Positions 9,599 to 19,136 are shown, counted from the first letter of the stretch. The stretch: 64,000 nt of DNA from Candidatus Micrarchaeota archaeon (GCA_026396415.1 JAPLWX010000040.1:25439-89438); one strand, 5' to 3'. Numbers and translations: made by a program. The notes: a model not told the origin generated them from the sequence alone.

Positions 9599-11242
9599 AT
9601 GGCACCCACGTCGACAGAAAAGATTTTCTCCGAGTTCCGCGAGCACTCTGTGGCGGAGTTTTTCAAGAAGAACCAGCAGATGCTCGGCTTTTCCGGAAAG
9701 ACGCGCTCGCTCACCACCATTGTGCACGAATATGTCACAAACTCGCTGGACGCGTGCGAGGAAGGCGGCATTCTCCCGGAAGTGGATATCGAAATCGTGG
9801 AAATGGACAAGGAGCGCTACAAGGTCATTGCGGAGGACAACGGGCCTGGCATCCCGGAAAAGCACATCGGCAAGGCGCTCGGGCAGATGCTTGCAGGCAC
9901 CAAGTTCCACCGCTATGCGCAGCAGCGCGGGCAGCAGGGCATCGGCGCCTCGGGCTGCACAATGTACTCCCAGATAACAACGGGCAAGCCGGTGAAGGTA
10001 ATTTCGCGCTATGACACGCGCCGCATCACCTGCGAGGTGTCCATTGACCTCAAGTCAAACACGCCCCTTGTCCTGAACATGGTAAAAGACGAAGGCGAGT
10101 TCGGGCATGGCCTCACGGTGGAGGGCGAGTTTGCGGACGTGAAGTACGACAAAAGCTCGTTTGGCGTCTACGAATACGTGCGCAGGACAGCGCTTGCCAA
10201 CCCCCATCTCCAGATAACGCTCCATGACCCGGAGGGGCAAACACATTCATTCCCGCGCTCGTCAGACAGGATACCTGACAAGCCTTTGGTTGTGCAGCCG
10301 CACCCGATGGGAATTTCCACGAACGACCTGATTGACTTTGCCCACCGCGAACGCGAATGCCGCCGCATCTCCTCATTCCTCCAGGAGCGCTTCGCGCGCT
10401 TCTCCGCGGCAAAGGTGGACGAGATAAAGGCGCTCTGCCCGGATGTTGACTTTGACAAGAATCCCAAAGAGCTCCAATGGGTGGAGGCAGAGAAAATAGT
10501 GAAAGCCATCCAGAACCCGCAGGTGAGATGGATTGCGCCCGCCACCGACTCGGTAAAGCCTATCGGCAAGGAGCAGATTGAAAAGTCGCTCAAGAACATC
10601 CTGGCGCCCGAGTTCGTGGTGGTCTCGGAACGCGCGCCCAAAATCTACAAGGGCGGAATCCCGTTCATGGTGGAAGCCGCGCTCGCATACGGAGGCGGGG
10701 CAGGAAAGAAGGCAGGCGACATGTCCTCATCCGAAGTGATACGCTATGCCAACCGCGCGCCATTGCTGTTTGACAACTCAGGCTGCGCAATCACCGAGGC
10801 AGTGAAGGCTATCGACTGGAAGCGCTACAAGCTTCGGAACTTCGAAGAGGAGCCGCTTTCGGTTTTCGTGAACATTTCAAGCGTGTACGTGCCCTACACC
10901 TCGGCAGGCAAGCAGGCGATATCCAACGACGAGGAAATCATCCAGGAGATAAAGAACGCAATCATGGAGGCCGCGCGCGACCTGCAGGCGTACCTGTCAG
11001 GGATTCGGCGCGACCATGACAAGAAAGAGAGGCGAAAGGCAATACTGCGCTACGTCTCCCAGCTCTCGCATGACCTGCCCGACCTGGCAGGCAAGGGCAA
11101 GGCTGGCGACATCGAGAAAAAGCTCGTTGCGCTCATAGAGACCAAGTATTCCTCGCAGATAGAGTCGGAGGAGGGCGAGGAAGAGGCAAAGAGCGGGAAC
11201 GGCAAGAATGGCAAGGAAGATGAGGGCGAAGGCGAAGAGTAG
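9599..11242 (+). CDS. top6B: DNA topoisomerase VI subunit B
   Basis: GHKL/Bergerat motifs EYVTNSLDACEE, EDNGPGIP, GQQGIGAS. 547 aa with an acidic tail. Lies upstream of top6A. Confidence 0.93.
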   Translation: MAPTSTEKIFSEFREHSVAEFFKKNQQMLGFSGKTRSLTTIVHEYVTNSLDACEEGGILPEVDIEIVEMDKERYKVIAEDNGPGIPEKHIGKALGQMLAGTKFHRYAQQRGQQGIGASGCTMYSQITTGKPVKVISRYDTRRITCEVSIDLKSNTPLVLNMVKDEGEFGHGLTVEGEFADVKYDKSSFGVYEYVRRTALANPHLQITLHDPEGQTHSFPRSSDRIPDKPLVVQPHPMGISTNDLIDFAHRERECRRISSFLQERFARFSAAKVDEIKALCPDVDFDKNPKELQWVEAEKIVKAIQNPQVRWIAPATDSVKPIGKEQIEKSLKNILAPEFVVVSERAPKIYKGGIPFMVEAALAYGGGAGKKAGDMSSSEVIRYANRAPLLFDNSGCAITEAVKAIDWKRYKLRNFEEEPLSVFVNISSVYVPYTSAGKQAISNDEEIIQEIKNAIMEAARDLQAYLSGIRRDHDKKERRKAILRYVSQLSHDLPDLAGKGKAGDIEKKLVALIETKYSSQIESEEGEEEAKSGNGKNGKEDEGEGEE

Positions 11243-11284
11243 GCGGCGCGCGGCAAGAACGGCAAGGAAGAAGGGGAAGGGTAA
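11201..11284 (+). repeat. tandem duplication of the top6B 3' coding tail
   Basis: ggcaagaatggcaaggaagatgagggcgaagg..TAG (11201-11242) is repeated as ggcaagaacggcaaggaagaaggggaagggTAA (11252-11284), in frame. Confidence 0.6.
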
Positions 11285-11286
11285 AA

Positions 11287-14100
11287 ATGCAATGTTCATT
11301 TGGTGTTTGCATGGCAAAGGAAATCACAAAATCAAAAGCATCCGCGTCCGCATCCGACTCTGGCAAGGGCTCGGCATTCATTGCGAACAAGCTCGAGCGG
11401 CTGGGGCAGGACATGCTTGCGCAGATCGATGCCGAGACTTCCCCGACGTTCACAACTGCGCTGCGGAGCAAGGGGAACATCATCTATGACAACGGCGTGG
11501 GCTTCATCAGGCTTGGGGACAAAGTGGAGGAGCGCACCTTCATAAACGTGGGGCAGGCGCGCAAGTTCATGCAGACAGTGGCGATAGCCTCCAAATGCAA
11601 GAAATTCCTCAAGGAGGATGCGCACACCTCCATCAGAGGATTGTACTATCAGCTCAAGTTCTCGCTTGGCGACACGCTTGACGAGGAGCTTTTCTCGGAG
11701 CAGAGCGAGAGCAACCCGCTTGTGGAAGACTTGGAAGTGGCGCTCAATGTGAAGCGCGAGGACCTGAACCTCAACACTGACAGGAAAGGCGTGGTGGCAG
11801 GCCCCATGGTGCTCAAGGACAGGTTCGGCGGGGACGAAGTCGAGATAGACTGCACCAAGCAGGGAAGGTCTGGCTGGATGATTCCTTCCGATGTTGACAA
11901 TGGAATGGAATTCAAGTCCATTGACGCAGACTATGTCCTCGTAGTGGAAAAGGACGCCATGTGGCAGCGCCTCAACGAGGACAAGTTCTGGAGGAAGGAG
12001 AATTGCATACTCATCACGCCCAAGGGGCAGGCAAGCCGCGGCTGCAGGCGTCTCATCCGAAAACTCGCGAGCCGCAAGCTTCCCGTAATCGTCTTCAGCG
12101 TGGATGCTGACGAGCCCATCATGCTTGTGGATTCAGAAGGGATGATACGGAACGAAAGAATTGGCGAATACTGCAAGAGAACATTCGAAAAAAACGGATG
12201 CGAAAAAACACCCCACTACGAAAAGGGCGCCGCCTCGGGTGAAATGGCGCCGCAGGTGGATTCAAGCGGGGCGGCAACCACGGGCAGTGTGCTTCATGTG
12301 GTGCGCCACCCGATAGGCGAAAAGCTTTTCGAGGTGAAAAGCGCGTGCGGCTATTCCGTGAAAGTGACTCGCTCTCACAGCGTGATGGTATTTGACGAAG
12401 CCGCCTACGGGATTATGCCGAAAAAAGCCAGCGAGCTCCAAAAGGGCGACCTGCTTGTCGCGCCCCTTAAAGTGCCAAACAACGAAAGCCTAAGAGGGGG
12501 GATTGACCTTCTTGAGCTTGGGCAAAAGGCAAAGTGCGACTTCATTGGCAGCATAAAAACAGAGGGAATCTCCATCCGCTTCGGGAAATCAAAGCTCAGG
12601 CTTCCAAGGAAAATCAGGCTGACGCCGCAGTTTGCAAGGCTTCTCGGCTATTACGTGGCGGAAGGCTCGGGCGGCGCAGTGGCAACGTTCAGCTTCGGCA
12701 CTCACGAGCGGGAATACATACGGGATGTGGTGCGCGCAGCCAGGGAAATATTCGGATGCACGGCATCGCTGTCAAACCCCAGCCCCGGCGAAACACAGGT
12801 AAAATTCGGGGGGAAGCTCGCCGAAATAATATTCGCGGACATTCTTGGCTGCGGCACGGGCGCGGACAGGAAACAGGTGCCAGGCATAATCTTCAACATG
12901 CCAAACGACCTCAAGCTCGAATTCCTGCGCGGCTACTTCCGCGGCGACGGGAACGTGCACGCCACTGCAAAGGGCTGCAGGCTGTGGGCGAACACGGTAA
13001 GCAGGAAGCTCGCCTCCGACCTTGTGCTCCTTCTCCTCCAGCTTGGCTGCTTTGCGACCATTGAACAAAAAAAGCCCGCAAAGCAGGGGCATCTCAAGCA
13101 ATACCACGTGCTCATCTACAATCTCGAATCGCTCAAAAAGCTGCAAAGCATTGCAAAGGACCTTGAGCCATCGATTTCCAGCCACTTGGGCAAGAAAATG
13201 CTCAAGTCGCCCATCTTCAAGTCAATCCCAACGCGCCTCCTCAAGCCATTCCAGAAAATGATTTACTCCCTGGGCGGCAAGGGCATATCCGATACTTTCA
13301 ATCAGGACACAATCTCGCTTGACAAGCTGAATGTCATCCTGTCGCGCCTGCAGGCGCAGCCAGTTGTGAAAAGGGATGCCGTGCTCAAGGCGCTTGGCAG
13401 CAATCCCGGCTCGACTACAAAGGAGCTCTGCCGGCTCACCGGGCTGAAATTCATCACGGTCTTCAAATCGCTTTCGCGCGCGCAGAAGCGCGGGGAAGTG
13501 TCAAGCAGGCTTGTGCGCAGCGACCGCGCATGGAAGATGGCGGCTGCAGGCATCAATACGGGCGGCGCATCCGAAAAGCTCGAAACGCTGCGGCGGCTTG
13601 CGCAGAACGGAATAGCGCTCATTCCCGTAAAGGAAGTGGCAGAGGCAAAGGCAAGCGACGGATTTGTCTATGATATAGAGGTGAACCCCACCCACACGTT
13701 TGTCGGCGGCGTGGGCCCCCTCCTTCTGCACAACACGGACTGCGACGCCTGGGGCTGGTACATCTACTGGGCGATAAAGACGGGCAGCATGAACCTTGCC
13801 TACCTTGGCAACGACATCGCCACGCCCGAGGCGCGCTTCGTGGGCGTGACCATGCGCGACATCAAGGACTATGATTTCCTGGAGCAGCTCACCATAAACG
13901 CAAAGGAAGTTGACATCAAGCGCGCGGAGGAGATGCTTTCCTACGAATGGATTTCCTGCCACAAGGACTGGGTGGAGGAGCTCAAAACAGTGCTCAAGAC
14001 AAAGAAGAAGATAGAGCAGGACGCCTTGCAGGGCCCGCGCCTTTCTTTCGTGGGAGACTACCTGCGCGAAAAGATAGAGAAGAAGAAGTTCCTGGCGTAA
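11287..14100 (+). CDS. top6A: DNA topoisomerase VI subunit A, interrupted by an intein
   Basis: Catalytic-Tyr region IRGLYYQLK and Toprim Glu in YVLVVEKDAMW. The DxD motif is regenerated by joining PVIVF + TDCDAWGWYIYWAIKTGS. The exteins sum to 391 aa, the normal Top6A size. An alternative start is ATG 11311. Confidence 0.92.
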   Translation: MQCSFGVCMAKEITKSKASASASDSGKGSAFIANKLERLGQDMLAQIDAETSPTFTTALRSKGNIIYDNGVGFIRLGDKVEERTFINVGQARKFMQTVAIASKCKKFLKEDAHTSIRGLYYQLKFSLGDTLDEELFSEQSESNPLVEDLEVALNVKREDLNLNTDRKGVVAGPMVLKDRFGGDEVEIDCTKQGRSGWMIPSDVDNGMEFKSIDADYVLVVEKDAMWQRLNEDKFWRKENCILITPKGQASRGCRRLIRKLASRKLPVIVFSVDADEPIMLVDSEGMIRNERIGEYCKRTFEKNGCEKTPHYEKGAASGEMAPQVDSSGAATTGSVLHVVRHPIGEKLFEVKSACGYSVKVTRSHSVMVFDEAAYGIMPKKASELQKGDLLVAPLKVPNNESLRGGIDLLELGQKAKCDFIGSIKTEGISIRFGKSKLRLPRKIRLTPQFARLLGYYVAEGSGGAVATFSFGTHEREYIRDVVRAAREIFGCTASLSNPSPGETQVKFGGKLAEIIFADILGCGTGADRKQVPGIIFNMPNDLKLEFLRGYFRGDGNVHATAKGCRLWANTVSRKLASDLVLLLLQLGCFATIEQKKPAKQGHLKQYHVLIYNLESLKKLQSIAKDLEPSISSHLGKKMLKSPIFKSIPTRLLKPFQKMIYSLGGKGISDTFNQDTISLDKLNVILSRLQAQPVVKRDAVLKALGSNPGSTTKELCRLTGLKFITVFKSLSRAQKRGEVSSRLVRSDRAWKMAAAGINTGGASEKLETLRRLAQNGIALIPVKEVAEAKASDGFVYDIEVNPTHTFVGGVGPLLLHNTDCDAWGWYIYWAIKTGSMNLAYLGNDIATPEARFVGVTMRDIKDYDFLEQLTINAKEVDIKRAEEMLSYEWISCHKDWVEELKTVLKTKKKIEQDALQGPRLSFVGDYLREKIEKKKFLA
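12097..13734 (+). mobile_element. intein with LAGLIDADG homing-endonuclease domain (546 aa)
   Basis: Starts with Ser (SVDADEPIMLVD, block A). Block B is TRSH. LAGLIDADG motifs are LLGYYVAEGSGG (12640-12675) and FLRGYFRGDGNV (12922-12957). Ends VYDIEV..LLLHN followed by +1 Thr. Confidence 0.88.
14020..14100 (+). repeat. direct repeat copy 1 (last 26 codons plus stop of top6A)
   Basis: 76 of 81 positions match 15260-15340. The 65-nt core 14029-14093 is perfect. Confidence 0.95.
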
Positions 14101-14215
14101 ATCGCAGAAAAGCACGATTCAGTTGCGAAATAGAAACCACTCTAAATTTTTTCTGACAACTGGTATCTGCTGCTATGAGGATTAAATACACTTTTTTTAT
14201 TTTTTAATAACACTA

Positions 14216-14223
14216 TTTATAAA
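14216..14223 (+). promoter_or_regulatory. TATA box for the inserted ORF
   Basis: tttataaa 36 nt upstream of ATG 14259, in a very AT-rich stretch that also carries oligo-T runs (14147-14152 and about 14191-14205) able to terminate top6A. Confidence 0.45.
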
Positions 14224-14258
14224 CCTTTTGAACAAGAAACTGATGCAGGGGTGTAAAT

Positions 14259-15236
14259 ATGACGATTTCCACAATCAGGTCCACCTTGGTGGATTTTCCA
14301 AAGAACAATGCCGACGCCGCGATGAGATTCGGGCCAACAAATCAGGTTTCCCGCCTTCCGCTCCTGCGCGAGGTGATCACTGAATTAACTTATGGCGATA
14401 ATAGAAAAGAACTCCTCAAAAAAATACAAATCCGCCCGATTCCCACTTCGATGGTTGCAATCTCCTCCAACCTGCCGTTTTCCCGGCTCCTTGAAAGCAA
14501 GTATGTAATACGTAAGGACGGCGAGGTATTTGTGAAATCCGATGAGCACTCGGATGAAATGAACAGGGACATCCAGCCTCCCCAGCTTGTCCAAATAGAC
14601 AAGAGGCTCATTGTTCCCGAAAATATGGATAAGCGCTCGATCATTATCGCCGAAAACAATTGGGTGGCAAATGAGCAGGGGGGCAAATGCATATTCTCCA
14701 TGCTCCCGGGCAATGACCAGCGGTTTGTCGATCATCCGAAATCATCGAATGGCGGCGACCAGTTTGAGCTGAAGAGCATCATTCCCTATCTCTTCAACGA
14801 GGCAGAGTTGAAAAACGAGAAATTGGTCGCGGAGTTCCTCCGCAACTACAACACGGAGCCAGTCTTCTCCCTGCCAAACTCCCGTTCGATCAAGGCACAG
14901 ATATGTGCCCTGTTTGCAGGAGATGACCTTGGTGCGCTTGCACAGCATGCTCTTACCTTTCTGATGGTCATCGGCAAGATGAAGGCGCCATCCACAACAA
15001 AGCTCTCTGCCGGCGGCATTGACTATTCCGTCTCAAAGGCAAGGGACGGCTCAGTGGCGGTTTCCCGCCAGTTCTTCGCCTATATGCGTTTTGAGTACAC
15101 AAATGTCCCGGATGTTGGCTTGGCAATGACTGGGGATGGGTGCAGGGGGGAATCGATGCAAAAAGTCACAGTTCTCCCAGAAGTAGGGCACCCTGTACCT
15201 TATGGCTATGTGCTTTTAATGGAAGAGCGCCCCTAG
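14259..15236 (+). CDS. hypothetical protein carried on the inserted segment
   Basis: 325-aa ORF, visibly more AT-rich than its neighbours, with its own TATA box. No recognisable motif. Confidence 0.6.
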   Translation: MTISTIRSTLVDFPKNNADAAMRFGPTNQVSRLPLLREVITELTYGDNRKELLKKIQIRPIPTSMVAISSNLPFSRLLESKYVIRKDGEVFVKSDEHSDEMNRDIQPPQLVQIDKRLIVPENMDKRSIIIAENNWVANEQGGKCIFSMLPGNDQRFVDHPKSSNGGDQFELKSIIPYLFNEAELKNEKLVAEFLRNYNTEPVFSLPNSRSIKAQICALFAGDDLGALAQHALTFLMVIGKMKAPSTTKLSAGGIDYSVSKARDGSVAVSRQFFAYMRFEYTNVPDVGLAMTGDGCRGESMQKVTVLPEVGHPVPYGYVLLMEERP

Positions 15237-15259
15237 CTCAAAGGAAGGCATAATGTCGT

Positions 15260-15340
15260 GACGCGCTTCAGGGCCCGCGCCTTTCTTTCGTGGGAGACTA
15301 CCTGCGCGAAAAGATAGAGAAGAAGAAGTTCCTCGCTTAA
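15260..15340 (+). repeat. direct repeat copy 2 (orphan top6A 3' end)
   Basis: Encodes the same DALQGPRLSFVGDYLREKIEKKKFLA* as copy 1. All 5 nucleotide differences are synonymous. Preceded by an in-frame TAA, so it is not part of a gene. Confidence 0.95.
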
Positions 15341-15400
15341 ACATCACAATCCGCAGCGCCCGCCCGCAACCATTATTAAAACCAGCTTCGCATCAGGCTC

Positions 15401-17533
15401 ATGCAAAAGCCAGCGTGCGTACTTGCCCTCTTCCTTCTCCTCACATTATCTTTCGCGTCAAGCGAGGCGCCGCAGCTTGCCTCCGCCCTCTCGGCAGTGG
15501 TGGATGCGCAGGGCACGGTGACCGCCATAGGCGGCGAAATCCGCAGCCTGAACATGAACATCCTGGTCCCGTCCTCCGCGTCGTACCAGATAGTGGAGGC
15601 TGGCGAGCAGATACAGTTCGATTCGGACGGCAACGGCTTCCTGTCCATATCCGCCACCGACCCGCCCAACCCGTTCAACTACTCCAAGCGCATCACGGTG
15701 CAGTCCATCGCCCGCACCACCCAATCGCTCCCAGAAAGCTACAGCATGCCCTCCGAGTACCGCTCGTTCCTCGTCCCGTCCAACCACACGCAGTCCAACG
15801 ACTTGGGCATACGCGCGCTTGCCGAGAACATAACGCAGGGCGCAAAAACGCCGTTCGAGAAGGTCGCCCTCCTTGCAATCTACGTCAACAGGAACATGGC
15901 ATATGACGACTCGCGGGTGGGGCAGGAACTGGACGCGATAACCGTGTCAAAAAACATGGTGGGCGTATGCACGGAATACTCCACCATTTTCACCGCGCTT
16001 GCGCGCTCGATAGGGATACCCGTGCGATACGTGTCAGGATATGTCTACAGCGACAGGTTCCAGTCCTGGATGGGGCACGCCTGGGCCGAGGCATACGTCG
16101 GCAAGTGGGTGCCTGTGGATCCCACCTGGTTCGAGGTTGGCGCGCTGGACGCCATGCACATCGAGGAATCCCACGCGGCGGAATTCTCCAAAAGGGACTC
16201 CCTTTCGGCCACGGTTTCCCAAAAAGGGGTGACAGTGGACTGGAACACGGACAAAAAGGGCGGCGCAATAGCCGGAAACATACAAACGCAGGGAGTGACC
16301 TATAGCGACCCATCCGCAAACTTCACGTTTGACGCATCCGCGAAAAGGCTTCCTTTCGGAGGAAGCGCCATCGCCTTCCTTTCCATGGCCGGCACGGACT
16401 ATCGCGTAATCCCAGTCTCCCTGACATCTTGCGCAGGCACGCCAAGCGTGGCGCTTGACCAGGATGAGAAATACCTCGTCCTCGAGCCGGGCAAGACCTC
16501 CACCCTTGTCTGGGAAATAAGCGCGCTCTCCTCCATGCCAAAAGGCTTCATCTACTCCTGCCCCATCGCATTGGTATCCCCCTACCTTGAGCAGCGCACC
16601 TTCACCATTTCCGTGGACCCCACGGCAAAGAAAGTCCCAATGTTCGATTCCAGCCTGCGCGCCTCAAATACGCTTATAGGCGAGAATAACGCGGCGCTCC
16701 TCCAGATTCCAAATGAGAGGCGCGACAGCACGTTCGTGGCGCTGCTTCCGGACGGGCTTTACGCCGTGCGCGCTGACCGCCCCAGCATGGCTATCCCATT
16801 CAGCACCAATCTCTCAGGCCGGGTGCCTGTGTTTGTCGCAGGAGGGGGCGATGGCTATTCCCACCTTGCCTTCAATTCAGGCTCTGTTTCCTCAAACGTC
16901 TCAATAGACTCATTCTCCCTGCCTGACCTGCTGGTATCCGGCAAGGAGGCGGTTGCGAACGCCAGCGTCTCCTCCTCGCAATACCCTGCCGACATCACGC
17001 TTGGCTTCACATTCGGCGACCACTATGAGCAGAGCGTGGGCAGGATAACCGGGCCTGCAAGCTTTGAATTCCCGTTCACCCCCGATTCGCCTGGCGCCTA
17101 TTCAGCCAGCCTCACCGCCTCCTCTTCAGGCTCAAAGGATGAAGAGCACCGCGCATCCACCGTGCTCCTGCAGCCGGTGCTCGCCATTGACAAGGTGAAA
17201 AGCTTCTATGTGAACAAAACGCTTTACACCCAAATATCATTCATCAAAATCGGCTCGCCCGAGTCCCTCCGGGCGTCTGTCGCGGGGCTGGCATACGATG
17301 CAAGCTCGCCGCTCACAATCGCACTGCCCCTGGGCAGGCAAGCATTCCACATGTCCTGGGCGGATGATGCGGGCAACCAGTATTCATCCACCGAGGAGCT
17401 GTCAATCTCGCAGCCCAGCATGATGGATGCCGCGGTGGCGCCTGCCAAGGACTGCCCGCTCACATCCTCCCTCCTCTTCACGGTCCTGATATTCTCGGCC
17501 TCGGCTGCAGGCGCAGGCAAGCCCAAGGTGTGA
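15401..17533 (+). CDS. secreted, membrane-anchored transglutaminase-like protein
   Basis: N-terminal signal peptide. Transglutaminase core has Cys (VGVCTEYS), His (GHAWAEAY) and Asp (VPVDPTW). C-terminal hydrophobic anchor. Confidence 0.8.
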   Translation: MQKPACVLALFLLLTLSFASSEAPQLASALSAVVDAQGTVTAIGGEIRSLNMNILVPSSASYQIVEAGEQIQFDSDGNGFLSISATDPPNPFNYSKRITVQSIARTTQSLPESYSMPSEYRSFLVPSNHTQSNDLGIRALAENITQGAKTPFEKVALLAIYVNRNMAYDDSRVGQELDAITVSKNMVGVCTEYSTIFTALARSIGIPVRYVSGYVYSDRFQSWMGHAWAEAYVGKWVPVDPTWFEVGALDAMHIEESHAAEFSKRDSLSATVSQKGVTVDWNTDKKGGAIAGNIQTQGVTYSDPSANFTFDASAKRLPFGGSAIAFLSMAGTDYRVIPVSLTSCAGTPSVALDQDEKYLVLEPGKTSTLVWEISALSSMPKGFIYSCPIALVSPYLEQRTFTISVDPTAKKVPMFDSSLRASNTLIGENNAALLQIPNERRDSTFVALLPDGLYAVRADRPSMAIPFSTNLSGRVPVFVAGGGDGYSHLAFNSGSVSSNVSIDSFSLPDLLVSGKEAVANASVSSSQYPADITLGFTFGDHYEQSVGRITGPASFEFPFTPDSPGAYSASLTASSSGSKDEEHRASTVLLQPVLAIDKVKSFYVNKTLYTQISFIKIGSPESLRASVAGLAYDASSPLTIALPLGRQAFHMSWADDAGNQYSSTEELSISQPSMMDAAVAPAKDCPLTSSLLFTVLIFSASAAGAGKPKV

Positions 17534-18315
17534 CAATGGAAATCGTTTTTCTAGGGACAGGGGGAGGCAGGTTCAACCTCATCAGCCAAATCCGCCGGAC
17601 AGGGGGCTTTCTCATCCGCGGAAGCCTCAACATCCATGCCGACCCAGGCCCCGGCGCGCTTGTTGCGTGCCATGATTTCTCCATCCACCCGGAAAAGACC
17701 GGCGCGGTGGTGGTGACGCACAACCACATCGACCACCTCAACGATGCAGCGCTCATGTGCGAGGCGATAAACTGCTTCCCGGACCGGAAGCGCGGCATCC
17801 TCGTGGCATCGAAAAGCATCCTCGCCGGGGACGAGTACGGGGAGAGGGGCATTTCCCCCTACTTCACCAAAAAGCTTTCGCGCACCGAGATTGCGCGGCA
17901 GGGAAAGCCCATAAAAATCGGCGGCGCCACCCTCACTCCGACGCCCGTGCGGCACGAGGACATGACGGGCTTTGGCTTTGTGCTTGACATGGATGGGGCA
18001 AGGATAGGCTACACATCCGACACGGAATATTTCCCCTCGCTTGCCCCGCACTTCCTGCACTGTGACATCCTGATTGCAAACAACCTCAAATCAGGGGCGG
18101 ACGGCGTGCCGGGCCACCTTTACAGCGCAACGACTGTGAAATTGCTCACCGCGTGCCATCCCCGCCTCTGCGTGCTTTCCCATATGGGGCAGTCCCTCCT
18201 CAAGTCAGGCCCTGGGAAAGAAGCAAGGAAAATACAAAAGGCATCAGGCGTGCGCACCGTCGCGGCAACCGACGGCATGCGGGTGGATGTGCGCACCCTG
18301 AGGGTGAAGAAATGA
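17530..18315 (+). CDS. MBL-fold metallo-hydrolase
   Basis: HNHIDH (HxHxDH) motif. 4-nt overlap with the preceding gene. Confidence 0.8.
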   Translation: MTMEIVFLGTGGGRFNLISQIRRTGGFLIRGSLNIHADPGPGALVACHDFSIHPEKTGAVVVTHNHIDHLNDAALMCEAINCFPDRKRGILVASKSILAGDEYGERGISPYFTKKLSRTEIARQGKPIKIGGATLTPTPVRHEDMTGFGFVLDMDGARIGYTSDTEYFPSLAPHFLHCDILIANNLKSGADGVPGHLYSATTVKLLTACHPRLCVLSHMGQSLLKSGPGKEARKIQKASGVRTVAATDGMRVDVRTLRVKK

Positions 18316-19136
18316 AAAACCCCAAACGAAAGATGAGGATTTTTTTCCTTGGCACGAACGGCTGGTTTGCCACGCGCACTGGCAGCACGGTCTGCGCGGC
18401 GATAGCGTTCCAGGACAGGCTTATCGTGCTTGACGCAGGCGACGGCTTCCAGCACATTCCCGCGCTTCTCTTGCGACTTCGCCTCAAGCGCGCGGACGTT
18501 TTCCTCTCGCACCTTCACATTGACCATGTGGCAGGGCTCCACCTCCTTCCCCTCCTCCCGCGCGGCACGCGCGTGAGGATATTCGCGCACAAAAGCTGCA
18601 TTCCCGCGCTGAAACAATTCGTGGCGCACCCATACACTGCCCCGCCTTCGGAGCAGTGGGCAAAAGTTACATTGCACCCCCTCTCCACAGGCAAAAACAA
18701 GGTGCCCATTGCTGCAAGCGGCAAGCCCTCCCGCCCAAGTGCCAGGCATCAGGCATACTCTGTGCTGGCCCTTCCCCTCCACCACGCAGACCCATGCTTC
18801 GGCTACCGTTTTTCCCTCGAAGGAAAGGAAATCGCCTACTGCACCGACACAGGCCCCTGCAGGAACTACACAAGGCTTGCAGCAGGCGCGGACTTGCTGA
18901 TAACCGAATGCTCGCTGCTGCCAGGCGCCCTCCCAACGCCGAGCTGGCCGCACCTCTCGCCCCAAACTGCTGCGAACGAGGCGAAAAAGGCAGGCGCAGC
19001 GCGCCTCATCCTCACCCACTTCGATGCAAACAAGTATTCCTCTCTTGCGCTGCGCTATCGCGCGCAGAAAGCAGCGCGCAAAATTTTCCCGCGCACAAGC
19101 GCGGCAAGGGACGGGATGGAAATTGAAATGCAATAA
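18312..19136 (+). CDS. MBL-fold metallo-hydrolase (RNase Z/ElaC-like)
   Basis: Start at ATG 18312 overlaps the upstream stop (ATGA). LSHLHIDHVAGL motif. The longer ORF from 18153 is an Arg/Pro-rich read-through of the upstream gene region. Confidence 0.75.
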   Translation: MKNPKRKMRIFFLGTNGWFATRTGSTVCAAIAFQDRLIVLDAGDGFQHIPALLLRLRLKRADVFLSHLHIDHVAGLHLLPLLPRGTRVRIFAHKSCIPALKQFVAHPYTAPPSEQWAKVTLHPLSTGKNKVPIAASGKPSRPSARHQAYSVLALPLHHADPCFGYRFSLEGKEIAYCTDTGPCRNYTRLAAGADLLITECSLLPGALPTPSWPHLSPQTAANEAKKAGAARLILTHFDANKYSSLALRYRAQKAARKIFPRTSAARDGMEIEMQ

